A stretch of 64,000 nucleotides of DNA from an uncultured candidate division Zixibacteria bacterium (GCA_963668625.2 CAXXKA010000008.1:608001-672000), one strand, 5' to 3'; shown: positions 9,907 through 18,997, numbered from the stretch's first letter. Numbers and translations: made by a program. Notes: generated by a model not told the origin, from the letters alone.

Positions 9907-10596
9907 CTAATGGGTTAATGTGTAGTGCACGATATTCGCGCCCATTTTTAATGCCGCCTGATGTTTCTCCGGGGGGTCCTTATGCACTTCGAAATCTTCC
10001 CAGCCGTCCCCGATATCGCTTTCGTACACCAGGAAAACCACCAGCCTGTCCTCCCAGAATATCCCGAATCCCTGCGGCGGTTTGTTATCGTGTTCATGAA
10101 TTTTCGGCAATCCGTTGGGGAATTTGTAGGGGCTGTGATAGATCTCGTGATTGAACGGCAACTCGACCAGTTCCTTTTCGGGAAATACCTTCTTCATTTC
10201 GCGACGGAAAGCATCCGCCAGGCCGTAACTATCGTTTGCCAGAAGGAATCCGCCTGAGGTCAGGTATTCACGAAGAGCCGTCACTTCTTTGTCATCAAGT
10301 TTAATATTGCCATGCCCGGTTAGATATAGAAACGGGTAATTGTACAACTCGGGTTCCGTGGCTTTCAGGTTAATCTCTTTATCGACTACCGAGATATTGG
10401 TGTTTCGCGCTAAAAACTCATGAAGGTTAGGAAGCGAGGAGCGTCCCCAGTACCAGTCGCCGCCGCCGGTGTATTGCAGACGAGCGGCAGTAAACGCGGA
10501 GGGATTGGTCGGCATAACCCGGCGCTGTTGAGCATCGCTAAACGACACCAGCGCTATCAGGATTACTACAAGTATTGAGGTCAGTGCTTTATTCAT
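9907..10596 (-). CDS. DUF4159 domain protein, secreted
   Basis: 'RLQYTGGGDWY', 'YPFLYLTGHG', 'LREYLTSGGFL', 'PKIHEHD', 'DIGDGW', 'ALKMGANI'. Confidence 0.85.
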   Translation of the reverse strand: MNKALTSILVVILIALVSFSDAQQRRVMPTNPSAFTAARLQYTGGGDWYWGRSSLPNLHEFLARNTNISVVDKEINLKATEPELYNYPFLYLTGHGNIKLDDKEVTALREYLTSGGFLLANDSYGLADAFRREMKKVFPEKELVELPFNHEIYHSPYKFPNGLPKIHEHDNKPPQGFGIFWEDRLVVFLVYESDIGDGWEDFEVHKDPPEKHQAALKMGANIVHYTLTH

Positions 10597-10663
10597 TATT
10601 TATTAATACGTCCCGAGGGAGTAATAGTTTATCGGTTAAGAATCAAACTTTCCGGTAAATTTT

Positions 10664-10691
10664 AATATATGGCAGATAGATTTGATGTCAA
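10664..10691 (-). promoter_or_regulatory. Putative sigma70 promoter of the DUF4159-DUF4175-TPR operon
   Basis: Minus strand reads TTGACA-N16-TATATT about 70 bp upstream of the ATG. Confidence 0.45.
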
Positions 10692-10717
10692 TGTCTAATG
10701 CCGATAATGACTAAATA

Positions 10718-12012
10718 GATCTTATCAAGGGAATTGTGTAAATTTGTAATGATTTTCAGATTTTCGGTTATCCAGCACATAAGCGACTATTCCATAAACG
10801 ATTCGATCAACACTTTTGGCATTAACAAATTTCCTGAACGGTTTTATCCTCCTTTGCAATTCCTCCAGATATCGCTCCAGAGGATTATTGGTCTTTATTT
10901 GAGTTCTTTCAGGTTCAGCATATTCTCGATAAATCAGTGTTCGATCAAAGCCGCGAATAAATGATCGAACAGCTTTAGGTTCTTTCAATCGCCATTTGGC
11001 CTTGAAAGCTTTCAATCGTGCCTTCAACTCTTTCTCCGTCTCGGCCTGATAGACCGCAGCAGCATCCCTGGTGATTCGGCTGCGGTTTTTACGTTCATCC
11101 AGATTCTGGCTGATATTCGACAGCTTGTGGAAGACACATTGCTGTGATTTCACCCGCGGATATAACCCGGCCAGAGCTTTAATCAGCCCCTTACCACCAT
11201 CGTGAACAACAACCTCCAACAAATGACCGCGCAGACCTCGCTGCTTGAGATCCGACAGAAAGCCCCACCAGTAGGCCTCGCTCTCAGAGCCAGCCAGCAT
11301 GAAGTCGATAAGCTCACGGCTGCCATCGTGACGGACACCGTAGGCCACAAGCAACACCTTCTTCACCTTAACCGGAGAGGTTATCTTCACCCATAAACCA
11401 TCCAGATGAATAAAACGATAATCATCGCCCAAAGCCCGACAGTGGAAGCTGCCAACCTCATCGTTTAATGCCTTAACTACGTTCGAGACAGCCTGGGCGC
11501 TGATGCTTTCACCATAGGCCCGCTTGAACATCCGTGCTGTCTTGCGGGTAGAATGACCAAGCAGAAAGCCCTCTAAAATCAGCCGATCCAATAGCTGCGA
11601 ACGCCGTTTGTGCTTCCGCAAGACACTCGACTCAAAGCTGCCATAACGCAGCCGGGGAACCTTTACCTCCTCTAACCAGCCGTATAAACTCAGCAAACCC
11701 CGACGGTAATAACCATTCCGATAATCCGCCCGCTCCTCACTCCGCTCATACTTTCCGCAGCCAACCGCTATCCTAAACTCAACATTCAACATCCGTTCCA
11801 AATGACGGCGAGCATGCTTCAACACCACACCCCGAACATCCTCCTCCCAATAACTCTTGACTCCGGCAAATACATAACCTACATTTTCATCAGCAAACCT
11901 AAGTGGTTTCACGGGTATATCCTCCTTGAAGATTAGCGTTTTCTGCTGGATATACCCGTAATTCTTTAATACATCAATAAATACAAATTTACACAATTGA
12001 ATTTACACTAAT
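10718..12012 (-). mobile_element. IS256-family insertion sequence, 1295 bp
   Basis: Imperfect 31-bp terminal IRs with a perfect 17-bp core (AATTGTGTAAATTTGTA 10732-10748 / TACAAATTTACACAATT 11982-11998), each 14 bp from the end. 8-bp direct repeat ACTAAATA at 10710-10717 and 12013-12020. Confidence 0.93.
10725..11912 (-). CDS. IS256-family DDE transposase (GTG start likely)
   Basis: 'YRNGYYRR', 'VPRLR', 'LDG', 'HDG', 'QQCVFHK', 'TNNPLE'; AAGGAGG RBS before GTG at 11912; stop lies inside the IR. Confidence 0.93.
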   Translation of the reverse strand: MKPLRFADENVGYVFAGVKSYWEEDVRGVVLKHARRHLERMLNVEFRIAVGCGKYERSEERADYRNGYYRRGLLSLYGWLEEVKVPRLRYGSFESSVLRKHKRRSQLLDRLILEGFLLGHSTRKTARMFKRAYGESISAQAVSNVVKALNDEVGSFHCRALGDDYRFIHLDGLWVKITSPVKVKKVLLVAYGVRHDGSRELIDFMLAGSESEAYWWGFLSDLKQRGLRGHLLEVVVHDGGKGLIKALAGLYPRVKSQQCVFHKLSNISQNLDERKNRSRITRDAAAVYQAETEKELKARLKAFKAKWRLKEPKAVRSFIRGFDRTLIYREYAEPERTQIKTNNPLERYLEELQRRIKPFRKFVNAKSVDRIVYGIVAYVLDNRKSENHYKFTQFP

Positions 12013-12357
12013 ACTAAATATATCTAGAATAAAGTAAACTCATAGGTGGCCTGCATCTCGGGGGGGCAAAAGCGACCTAAATACATAGAATTCAATTATC
12101 TAAAAAGAATAAGCCGCTTTTTTGATAAAAATTCAACACCATATCATGGCTGTAATTGGGGTTTTTGAAAGAGCTCTGTTTCATAAGACAGCCTCTTCCT
12201 ATATACCCCATAGTCAATACTAATCCAGACTATGTGTAAGTCGAGCTCAATTAAAAAAATCTGCCAGCAATTAAAACCACTATCAGACAACAAAAAATAT
12301 ATCTTGGATAAAACGTTGCTCGATTATATATTATTAACAAACCGGATGCAGTTTGCT

Positions 12358-13524
12358 ATGTCAGAATTCAAATTCATACAGAAATTGGAAATTGGTAAGA
12401 ATTCCGTCTACTATGGCGATTTCGACATGAATTCTAACCCCCGAGCAGTGGTTTTTAACTCCCGTCAGACTAAAACACCATCAGGAACCGATCTCTGGGT
12501 AATAAATACACTCAAGGCTATTAGTTTCGCTTTGAAACATGATTGGGTTGTTATCACCAGCCTGGGGATGAATACCTGGGAGCTACCGGTTTGGGCATGT
12601 TCGGCAAACGGAGTTAGGCAAATTATCGTACTTCCGGCAAAAGATGAATCGGATAGAGATAGTATAATCGAGAGCGTAACAGCCGATTTTAAACTCGACA
12701 GGAACAATACTGGATGGCTATTTTTTCAGGCCACGGAAAAAGCGCGCTCGGCCAAGACCGACTGGCCCTTGCGAGATAAATTGGCGGCACAGGCCGCTGA
12801 TATCATCCTGCCGGTAAGCGTTCGTACAGGAGGTAACCTCGATACGCTTATCAGGAACATGCGAGATAAAAAGATAATCAACGAATGCAATACAAGGTAT
12901 AAAACCCGCCCCCCCGAACGCGATTACTCGCCGGATAAGTTGCATACCTCTATAGAACAGGCCGGCTGGAATTATATAACACACTGGACGAGAACCTGCT
13001 ATGGCCACTGGCCCGGAGAAAATTCATCATCATTTTACGAAAAACTGGCCGAGTCGAAAGGTATCTACCCCGGGAACGCGCTGGAGACATTGAAAAATAT
13101 TTTACTTGAGAAACTAATCCGGGGGTCATCCAGGCATCTACGAGGAGATTTGAAAGGTGTGGCTTTTTCCGGCCTGAGTCCGGCCAGGTTAATCCCTCTT
13201 ATGAGATGGCGTAAACGTTATGTCAGGTGGGGTTTCGAGCCTTATGGTATTGCAATCAGGCGTAAAGCGGCTATAAAGGCGGGCATACAGCCGGTGATAT
13301 ACGCTAAAACCGAGCTTTACGATAGGCTGCTAGAGGCCGACAAACCATATTTCCAGAATGAGGGTGAGGCCGGCGCCTGGCGCGAGGAGAACGAATGGCG
13401 TTATCTCGGTGATTTCGATTTGACGAGCGTAAATATCGATGATTTGAGAATAATCACGTTTAAATCCTCGGAAAGTGAAATATTGAAAAGCGCTACCCGA
13501 GCCGAGATAGTTTCGTTTACCTGA
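12358..13524 (+). CDS. Hypothetical protein: DprA/SLOG-like N-domain plus AbiGi/DUF2971-like (ART-fold) C-domain
   Basis: ORF open from 12232; start at 12358 preferred because TTGGAT-N17-TATATT lies at 12304-12332. Motifs are given under findings. Confidence 0.6.
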   Translation: MSEFKFIQKLEIGKNSVYYGDFDMNSNPRAVVFNSRQTKTPSGTDLWVINTLKAISFALKHDWVVITSLGMNTWELPVWACSANGVRQIIVLPAKDESDRDSIIESVTADFKLDRNNTGWLFFQATEKARSAKTDWPLRDKLAAQAADIILPVSVRTGGNLDTLIRNMRDKKIINECNTRYKTRPPERDYSPDKLHTSIEQAGWNYITHWTRTCYGHWPGENSSSFYEKLAESKGIYPGNALETLKNILLEKLIRGSSRHLRGDLKGVAFSGLSPARLIPLMRWRKRYVRWGFEPYGIAIRRKAAIKAGIQPVIYAKTELYDRLLEADKPYFQNEGEAGAWREENEWRYLGDFDLTSVNIDDLRIITFKSSESEILKSATRAEIVSFT

Positions 13525-13663
13525 ATAATTTATATTCGATAAACTATTGATACATTGAATTAGTATAAATATATTGAGGATAAGAATATGCCCGCGAAAA
13601 ACGCGTTGAGGGAGTATTAACAAACATGGTCGAATCGACGATATCATACTTTAGGAGACATCA

Positions 13664-14938
13664 ATGAAGAAACTGGCGATAATTATATTTCTGTCAATAT
13701 TACTGTTTACCCCCTCAAGCCTTCTAGCGCAGAAAATCTTGATCCCCATGGATATGGAGCAAACGAACCATCTGAAAGCCTATGGCGTGGCTTACTGGAG
13801 CTTGACCTATGGCCAGAACGTGGAATGGCTTTTAAATTATCGCGGCGGTTCTTTCTTAACCGATCAAACGGCGCAGCTAGAACAATTGTGTAACCTTCGC
13901 GGAGTAAAATTCGAGCCGGTAAGCGGTTCCCGGGTCGCCCAGATTAAAGCGATTATCGAGGAGAGCAACATGGAGACAGTCCTTCTGGAAAAAGCTCCCC
14001 GGATGGCGATTTACGCTCCGCCGTTTTCCAAAAATGAACCCTGGGATGACGCTGTCAGTCTGGCGCTGGATTATGCCGAGATACCCTACGATCTACTCTG
14101 GGATGTCGAGGTGCTGCAGGGCAAGCTGGCCGATTACGACTGGCTTCATCTGCACCACGAGGATTTCACCGGGCAATACGGTAAGTTTTTCGCTGCCCAC
14201 AGGAACAGCAACTGGTATAAGCAGATCAAGGCTCAATCAGAGACCGTGGCACGCGAGTTGGGGTATAAAAAAGTCTCTCAGCTAAAGCGGGATGTCGCCC
14301 TGACTATTAAAGAATATATTCGCGGCGGCGGTTTTCTGTTTGCCATGTGTTCAGCCACCGATACTTACGATATAGCCTTAGCCGCGCAGAACACCGATAT
14401 CGTACCGGAACAGTATGATGGTGATCCGGTCGACCCCGATTGTCTGAGCAAGCTAGACTATAGCCAGTGTATCGCATTCGAAAATTTCGCCGCGGAGCTT
14501 AATCCGGTGGTTTACGAGCATTCCGATATAGACACCGGGCCGTTTCGCGGCCGTGGACGATTTAACGAGGGTAACGATTTTTTCACGCTGTTCGATTTTT
14601 CCGCTAAGTACGATCCAGTACCTACGATGCTGGTGCAATGTCATACACCGATAGTGGAGGGATTCTGGGGACAGTGCACTGGTTTCAGGAAAGACCTGGT
14701 TAAAAAGCATGTGGTGATATTGGCGCAAACCGAGGTTATCGATGAGGCCAAGTATATACATGGGAATTTCGGCAAGGGCACTTTCACGTTTTTCGCGGGC
14801 CATGACCCCGAGGATTACCAGCATTTCATCGGTGACCCACCCACTGATGTCAGCCTTCACAAGCAATCGCCGGGTTATCGCCTGATTCTCAATAACGTAC
14901 TTTTCCCGGCTGCTAAGAAAAAGGAAAGAAAGACTTGA
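13664..14938 (+). CDS. Conserved secreted protein with class I glutamine-amidotransferase-like (BPL_N-type) fold
   Basis: Signal peptide; 'GGFLFAMCSA' nucleophile elbow; 'GHDPE'; AGGAG RBS. Confidence 0.65.
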   Translation: MKKLAIIIFLSILLFTPSSLLAQKILIPMDMEQTNHLKAYGVAYWSLTYGQNVEWLLNYRGGSFLTDQTAQLEQLCNLRGVKFEPVSGSRVAQIKAIIEESNMETVLLEKAPRMAIYAPPFSKNEPWDDAVSLALDYAEIPYDLLWDVEVLQGKLADYDWLHLHHEDFTGQYGKFFAAHRNSNWYKQIKAQSETVARELGYKKVSQLKRDVALTIKEYIRGGGFLFAMCSATDTYDIALAAQNTDIVPEQYDGDPVDPDCLSKLDYSQCIAFENFAAELNPVVYEHSDIDTGPFRGRGRFNEGNDFFTLFDFSAKYDPVPTMLVQCHTPIVEGFWGQCTGFRKDLVKKHVVILAQTEVIDEAKYIHGNFGKGTFTFFAGHDPEDYQHFIGDPPTDVSLHKQSPGYRLILNNVLFPAAKKKERKT

Positions 14939-15801
14939 ATAGGCATAACAGGATATCTAATGGCCGGTCGGACGGGCGATTCGGCTTATCATCATTCAAC
15001 CCTGAAATGAAAGCTCTCGAAGCGGCCTCGAAAACCGTGCAAATGGGGATGTCGGCCTATCAAATATCAGGTGATTTAGCGATTAATTTCCCGGAGAACT
15101 TCCCCAATTCGATAAGAGCTGAATTACTGGAATATAACAATCGCAACGACCTGCGACTTCATTTTCACGCTCCCACAGATATCCCCCTGGCAAGCCGTCA
15201 CCAGAGCATGCGTATTAGCGGTGTTGATCGCCTGTGCGAATTCATTCAATTGGCTATCGACTGCGGCGCCGTCTCGGTTATCTTTCATCCGGGCAGAATC
15301 GCTTATTACAAAATCGGCTCGGGTCAGGTGGTGGTAGCCAGCAGGAATATACCGGTGGTCTATTTCGAACGTTTCATCGATTCGGTCGAACGATTGGTTA
15401 AATTCGCCGATGGCAAAATCGATCTTCTACTGGAAAACACTTACGATTTTTCTGACAAGCTGATCGAGGTGGTGGATCGTTTTTTAGCCTTACGGTCTAC
15501 CGGCTTGGTCTGGGATATCGGTCATATGCAGCGTTCCATGCTGGTTTCGAGAAAGAACAAGGTCGATCCCATGCATATAGCGGATTTTTTCTCGAGTCGA
15601 TATAAACATATTAAACTGGCCCATATACATGATATAGACGCCAAGAAAAGCCATCTCGCTCTGGGCTCCGGGATGCTCAACCTGGCTCCTTACCTGGAAA
15701 TATTATCCACCCTGAATATTGATATGATAATAGAGGTCTATTCGGAGAATGATTTGAAGACCTCAATCGATTATATCGAGTCGTTAACCGTAAGTAAGTA
15801 A
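14935..15801 (+). CDS. Sugar phosphate isomerase/epimerase (AP-endonuclease-2 TIM barrel)
   Basis: 'HAP', 'FHPG', 'LEN', 'DIGH', 'HIHD', 'HLALG', 'IIE' metal motifs. Confidence 0.8.
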   Translation: MNRHNRISNGRSDGRFGLSSFNPEMKALEAASKTVQMGMSAYQISGDLAINFPENFPNSIRAELLEYNNRNDLRLHFHAPTDIPLASRHQSMRISGVDRLCEFIQLAIDCGAVSVIFHPGRIAYYKIGSGQVVVASRNIPVVYFERFIDSVERLVKFADGKIDLLLENTYDFSDKLIEVVDRFLALRSTGLVWDIGHMQRSMLVSRKNKVDPMHIADFFSSRYKHIKLAHIHDIDAKKSHLALGSGMLNLAPYLEILSTLNIDMIIEVYSENDLKTSIDYIESLTVSK

Positions 15802-15806
15802 AGATT

Positions 15807-16901
15807 ATGCGTAAGATAGCTTTTATAATACTACTTATAATAATCGCTTGGACTATTGCCTCTGACGCTAAAACCAATTGTGCGTTATGCGGTAAGGAGA
15901 TATCCGGTCGGTATATAAAATTCGATGACGGCTCCGTGTATTGCATGGATTGCGTGAACAGGTATACTCGATGCGATATATGCGGTAAGCCCTCCAAGAT
16001 GACAACCAGGTTCGATCATGTAAATGTTTGCCCCTCATGTTTGCAGAAAGTAGATCGCTGCAGTTTTTGTAATACACCGATCACCGGCAAGTATTTTTCC
16101 TACCCCGATTTGGGATTGAAACTCTGCCCTAACTGCAATCGCAAAGTTCCTCGCTGCGATATATGCGGTAAGCCGGATCTTAATTTGATAAGAGTCGGTG
16201 ACAAAAAAATTTGCAAAGCGTGTCTTGATGGAGCAAGTTTTTGCAGAATATGCGGTAATCCCATTCAGGGCGAATATATGTGGTTCGATGGCGACAGTAC
16301 TAAGCTTTATTGCAAAAACTGTGTGGATAAATATCAAAAATGTTCGAGCTGTGGTGCGCCCTCGGGAAGACATAGCCATAAACTGGAGGATGGCAGAATA
16401 CTCTGTGACGATTGTTTCAGGGAGGGGTATTTCGAGGCCTCCGGGGTTAAACAGATTAAAGAGAAGGTGCTAATGTTTATCGAAAATCACATGAGTATGA
16501 GTTTAAGCCATGATATTAGGTACACCCTCCAGGGGCAGGATTTCATAGTTGAAAAATCCGAGGGTCTGTCGGGGGATTTAAACGGCCTGTTCCACCGTCG
16601 GGGAGATATTTACAATATTTACGTATTGTATGGTTTAAGACGAAAGGATCTGTTCCAGGTCGTATCCCACGAGATAGCCCATGCCTGGGCCGCCGATAAT
16701 CTTCGCGAAAACCTTACTTTAGAGGAGGCTGAGGGGTTCGCTCAATGGGTAGCCTATTATACGTTGAAACATTTCGATTACGGTGATTTCGCCCAGACTC
16801 TATTAAAAGGCGATAACGAATACGCCCGTGGTTTGCATATGATGCTTAAGATCGAATCAAAAGGCGGTCAAAAGGCAGTATTCGATTATCTGGCGAAATA
16901 A
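15807..16901 (+). CDS. Secreted LIM-like zinc-finger / DA1-like zinc metallopeptidase
   Basis: Signal peptide; 12 CxxC motifs; 'SHEIAHAW...EEAEGFAQW...NEYARG'. Confidence 0.8.
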   Translation: MRKIAFIILLIIIAWTIASDAKTNCALCGKEISGRYIKFDDGSVYCMDCVNRYTRCDICGKPSKMTTRFDHVNVCPSCLQKVDRCSFCNTPITGKYFSYPDLGLKLCPNCNRKVPRCDICGKPDLNLIRVGDKKICKACLDGASFCRICGNPIQGEYMWFDGDSTKLYCKNCVDKYQKCSSCGAPSGRHSHKLEDGRILCDDCFREGYFEASGVKQIKEKVLMFIENHMSMSLSHDIRYTLQGQDFIVEKSEGLSGDLNGLFHRRGDIYNIYVLYGLRRKDLFQVVSHEIAHAWAADNLRENLTLEEAEGFAQWVAYYTLKHFDYGDFAQTLLKGDNEYARGLHMMLKIESKGGQKAVFDYLAK

Positions 16902-16999
16902 ATCCTAAATGCAACATCAAATATTCATCTAATATTCTCTGTTTTAAAGATAGCTACCCCATTACCGAATATCATAATAACAACAGCGAGGGTAATTCT

Positions 17000-17878
17000 T
17001 TGATTTCATTGAAAGAGTGTGGGAAAATAGAGGGTGTCAGCGAACATTGCTGGCAAATAGGCGTTAGTCCTGATGGTCAATATCTGGCTTTGGTTTTTGC
17101 GGATGATCAGAATTCCATAAAACTATGCGGTTTAGATGGTAAAGTGTTCAAAGCGCTGGAGGGGCATCGCGGTCGGGTACATTCGGTATCATTCGGCCGG
17201 GATGGCCGTACTATCGCCTCCGCCTCGGCCGATAAAACCGTTCGTATCTGGGCGCCAACCGGCAATTTACTGGCGCTTTTTGACAGGTTCGATAACGGTG
17301 TCGAAACCGTCAGCTACGCCCCGGATGTCCCTATACTGGCAGGTGGTCAAAGCGATGGCTATATAGTGCTGTTCGATATCGGCGGCAACTATATCGCCAC
17401 TCTTCACAGCCCCAAAGGCCGTATATATTGCATGGACTGGTCTTATGACAGCAGTTACCTGGCAGCGGCCTGTGGCGATAAAAAAATGTACCTGTTTAAT
17501 GTCAAAGCCCAGATGAAATCGGTATACCCGCACCCGGCGGCGGTTTATGGTGTTAGTTTCACCAATAGCAACGGTAAGCTGGCCACGAGCTGTGAGGACA
17601 GCAATGTCAGGCTGTTCAATATTGCCGAGGACGGTATGGAGACCGTTGATGTTCACCAGGGACGAGTGGTCGGTATCAGTTTCTCCCCGGATGATTCATT
17701 CGTAGCTACGGCTTCATTCGATAAAACGATACGCTTTTTCGACAGACACGGCAATTCTAAAGGTGAATATGAATTGGGTGAGCAGGCTCTGGGCGTGAAA
17801 TTCTCTCCTGATGGTAACAAGTTATATGTTAGCACCCAGGAGCGTAACCTTCATGTTTTTGAAATTGAACCACAATAG
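17000..17878 (+). CDS. WD40-repeat beta-propeller protein
   Basis: 'LEGHRGRVHSVSF..DGRTIASASADKTVRIW' and about six further blades. Confidence 0.9.
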   Translation: MISLKECGKIEGVSEHCWQIGVSPDGQYLALVFADDQNSIKLCGLDGKVFKALEGHRGRVHSVSFGRDGRTIASASADKTVRIWAPTGNLLALFDRFDNGVETVSYAPDVPILAGGQSDGYIVLFDIGGNYIATLHSPKGRIYCMDWSYDSSYLAAACGDKKMYLFNVKAQMKSVYPHPAAVYGVSFTNSNGKLATSCEDSNVRLFNIAEDGMETVDVHQGRVVGISFSPDDSFVATASFDKTIRFFDRHGNSKGEYELGEQALGVKFSPDGNKLYVSTQERNLHVFEIEPQ

Positions 17879-17998
17879 TATTATTAAATAATCTTACACG
17901 TATATAATATTTTGCTTGACTGCCTTGCATATTTAATTATCTTATATTAGCTACATTATGGGAGAATAAATTAATTTTAATTTTTACGGAGGCACGTT

Positions 17999-18997
17999 AT
18001 GCTAAAGTTATTATTCAGCATTATAGCCGTATTGTTTATTAGTTTGCCTAGTTATGGTATTGACTGCGATATTAACGGGGATGGCTATTATTATTCACCA
18101 TCAGACTTGACTGTATTAATAAATTATATCAACGGTAATTATGGTGAAATTAATTTTTGTGAGATCGAATGCGATCTCGATCAGGACGATGAGTATTTCA
18201 CGATTGGCGATATCGGGCTGTATATTATGTTTATGATTGATCCTATCACCTACCCTGACAATGCCGAACAATTCTCTCAGCAACCTGATAGTGACACGTT
18301 AAAAATCGGGTATATTGAGGCTTCGCCGGGCAACACCGTGATGATTCCTGTCGACCTGGTTACAGTCGATACTATTAGCGCTTATGAGTTTACCGTATTA
18401 ATAGAATCAGAGTATGTTGAAATTACTAACTTTATTTTCACCGAGGGATTTAGAGGTGGAATGTGTTATTTCGAAAACGGAACTCATGTTACTTTCATCG
18501 ATAATACGCATCAATCATTTCCTGCTATATTTCTTCCGGGTGAACATCGTTTAGGGTATTTGCAATTGGGCATAGATGAAAACATACCCGGACCAACAGA
18601 GATTCCTATTACATTCAGCGGTTGCCCGGATGCTCCTTTCCATACCGGCCTGGCCAACCTCTCGTTTTTCCAGCCCGTGCTCGTTGATGGCGGTATACGA
18701 ACTTTAACCGGTATTGAGGATGTCGAGAATTTACCGCTTAAATCCTCGATCTCGGCTTATCCGAATCCTTTTAATAGCTGTGTTAACCTGGTTGTCGATA
18801 GCGAGATATCCGATAGACTGGCGATTTATGATATCCTGGGCTGTAAAGTCAGATCGTTCGATTTAGATACGGGCCTGAATAGTATAACCTGGGATGGCCG
18901 GGATGATAACGGCAATCCGGTCAGCGCCGGTTTGTTTTTAGTTAAAGCCGAAAGAAACGCTAATATTTCCATTAAAAAGCTCTTGCTCATTAAGTAA
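17999..18997 (+). CDS. Secreted protein: dockerin-like + cohesin-like + FlgD-Ig/T9SS-like C-terminal domain
   Basis: 'DINGDG...DLTVLINYI', 'DLDQD...TIGDI', 'ASPGNTVMIPV', 'YPNPFN...WDGRDDNG..VSAG...KLLLIK'. Confidence 0.8.
   Translation: MLKLLFSIIAVLFISLPSYGIDCDINGDGYYYSPSDLTVLINYINGNYGEINFCEIECDLDQDDEYFTIGDIGLYIMFMIDPITYPDNAEQFSQQPDSDTLKIGYIEASPGNTVMIPVDLVTVDTISAYEFTVLIESEYVEITNFIFTEGFRGGMCYFENGTHVTFIDNTHQSFPAIFLPGEHRLGYLQLGIDENIPGPTEIPITFSGCPDAPFHTGLANLSFFQPVLVDGGIRTLTGIEDVENLPLKSSISAYPNPFNSCVNLVVDSEISDRLAIYDILGCKVRSFDLDTGLNSITWDGRDDNGNPVSAGLFLVKAERNANISIKKLLLIK

Noticed and set aside
11913-11996. N-terminal extension of the transposase in the ORF track
   Set aside because: Runs into the IS terminal repeat; a strong RBS precedes GTG at 11912.
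12160-12200. GAGCTCTGTTTCATAAGACAGCCTC resembling another IS end
   Set aside because: No partner repeat or transposase fragment recognised; too short to support.
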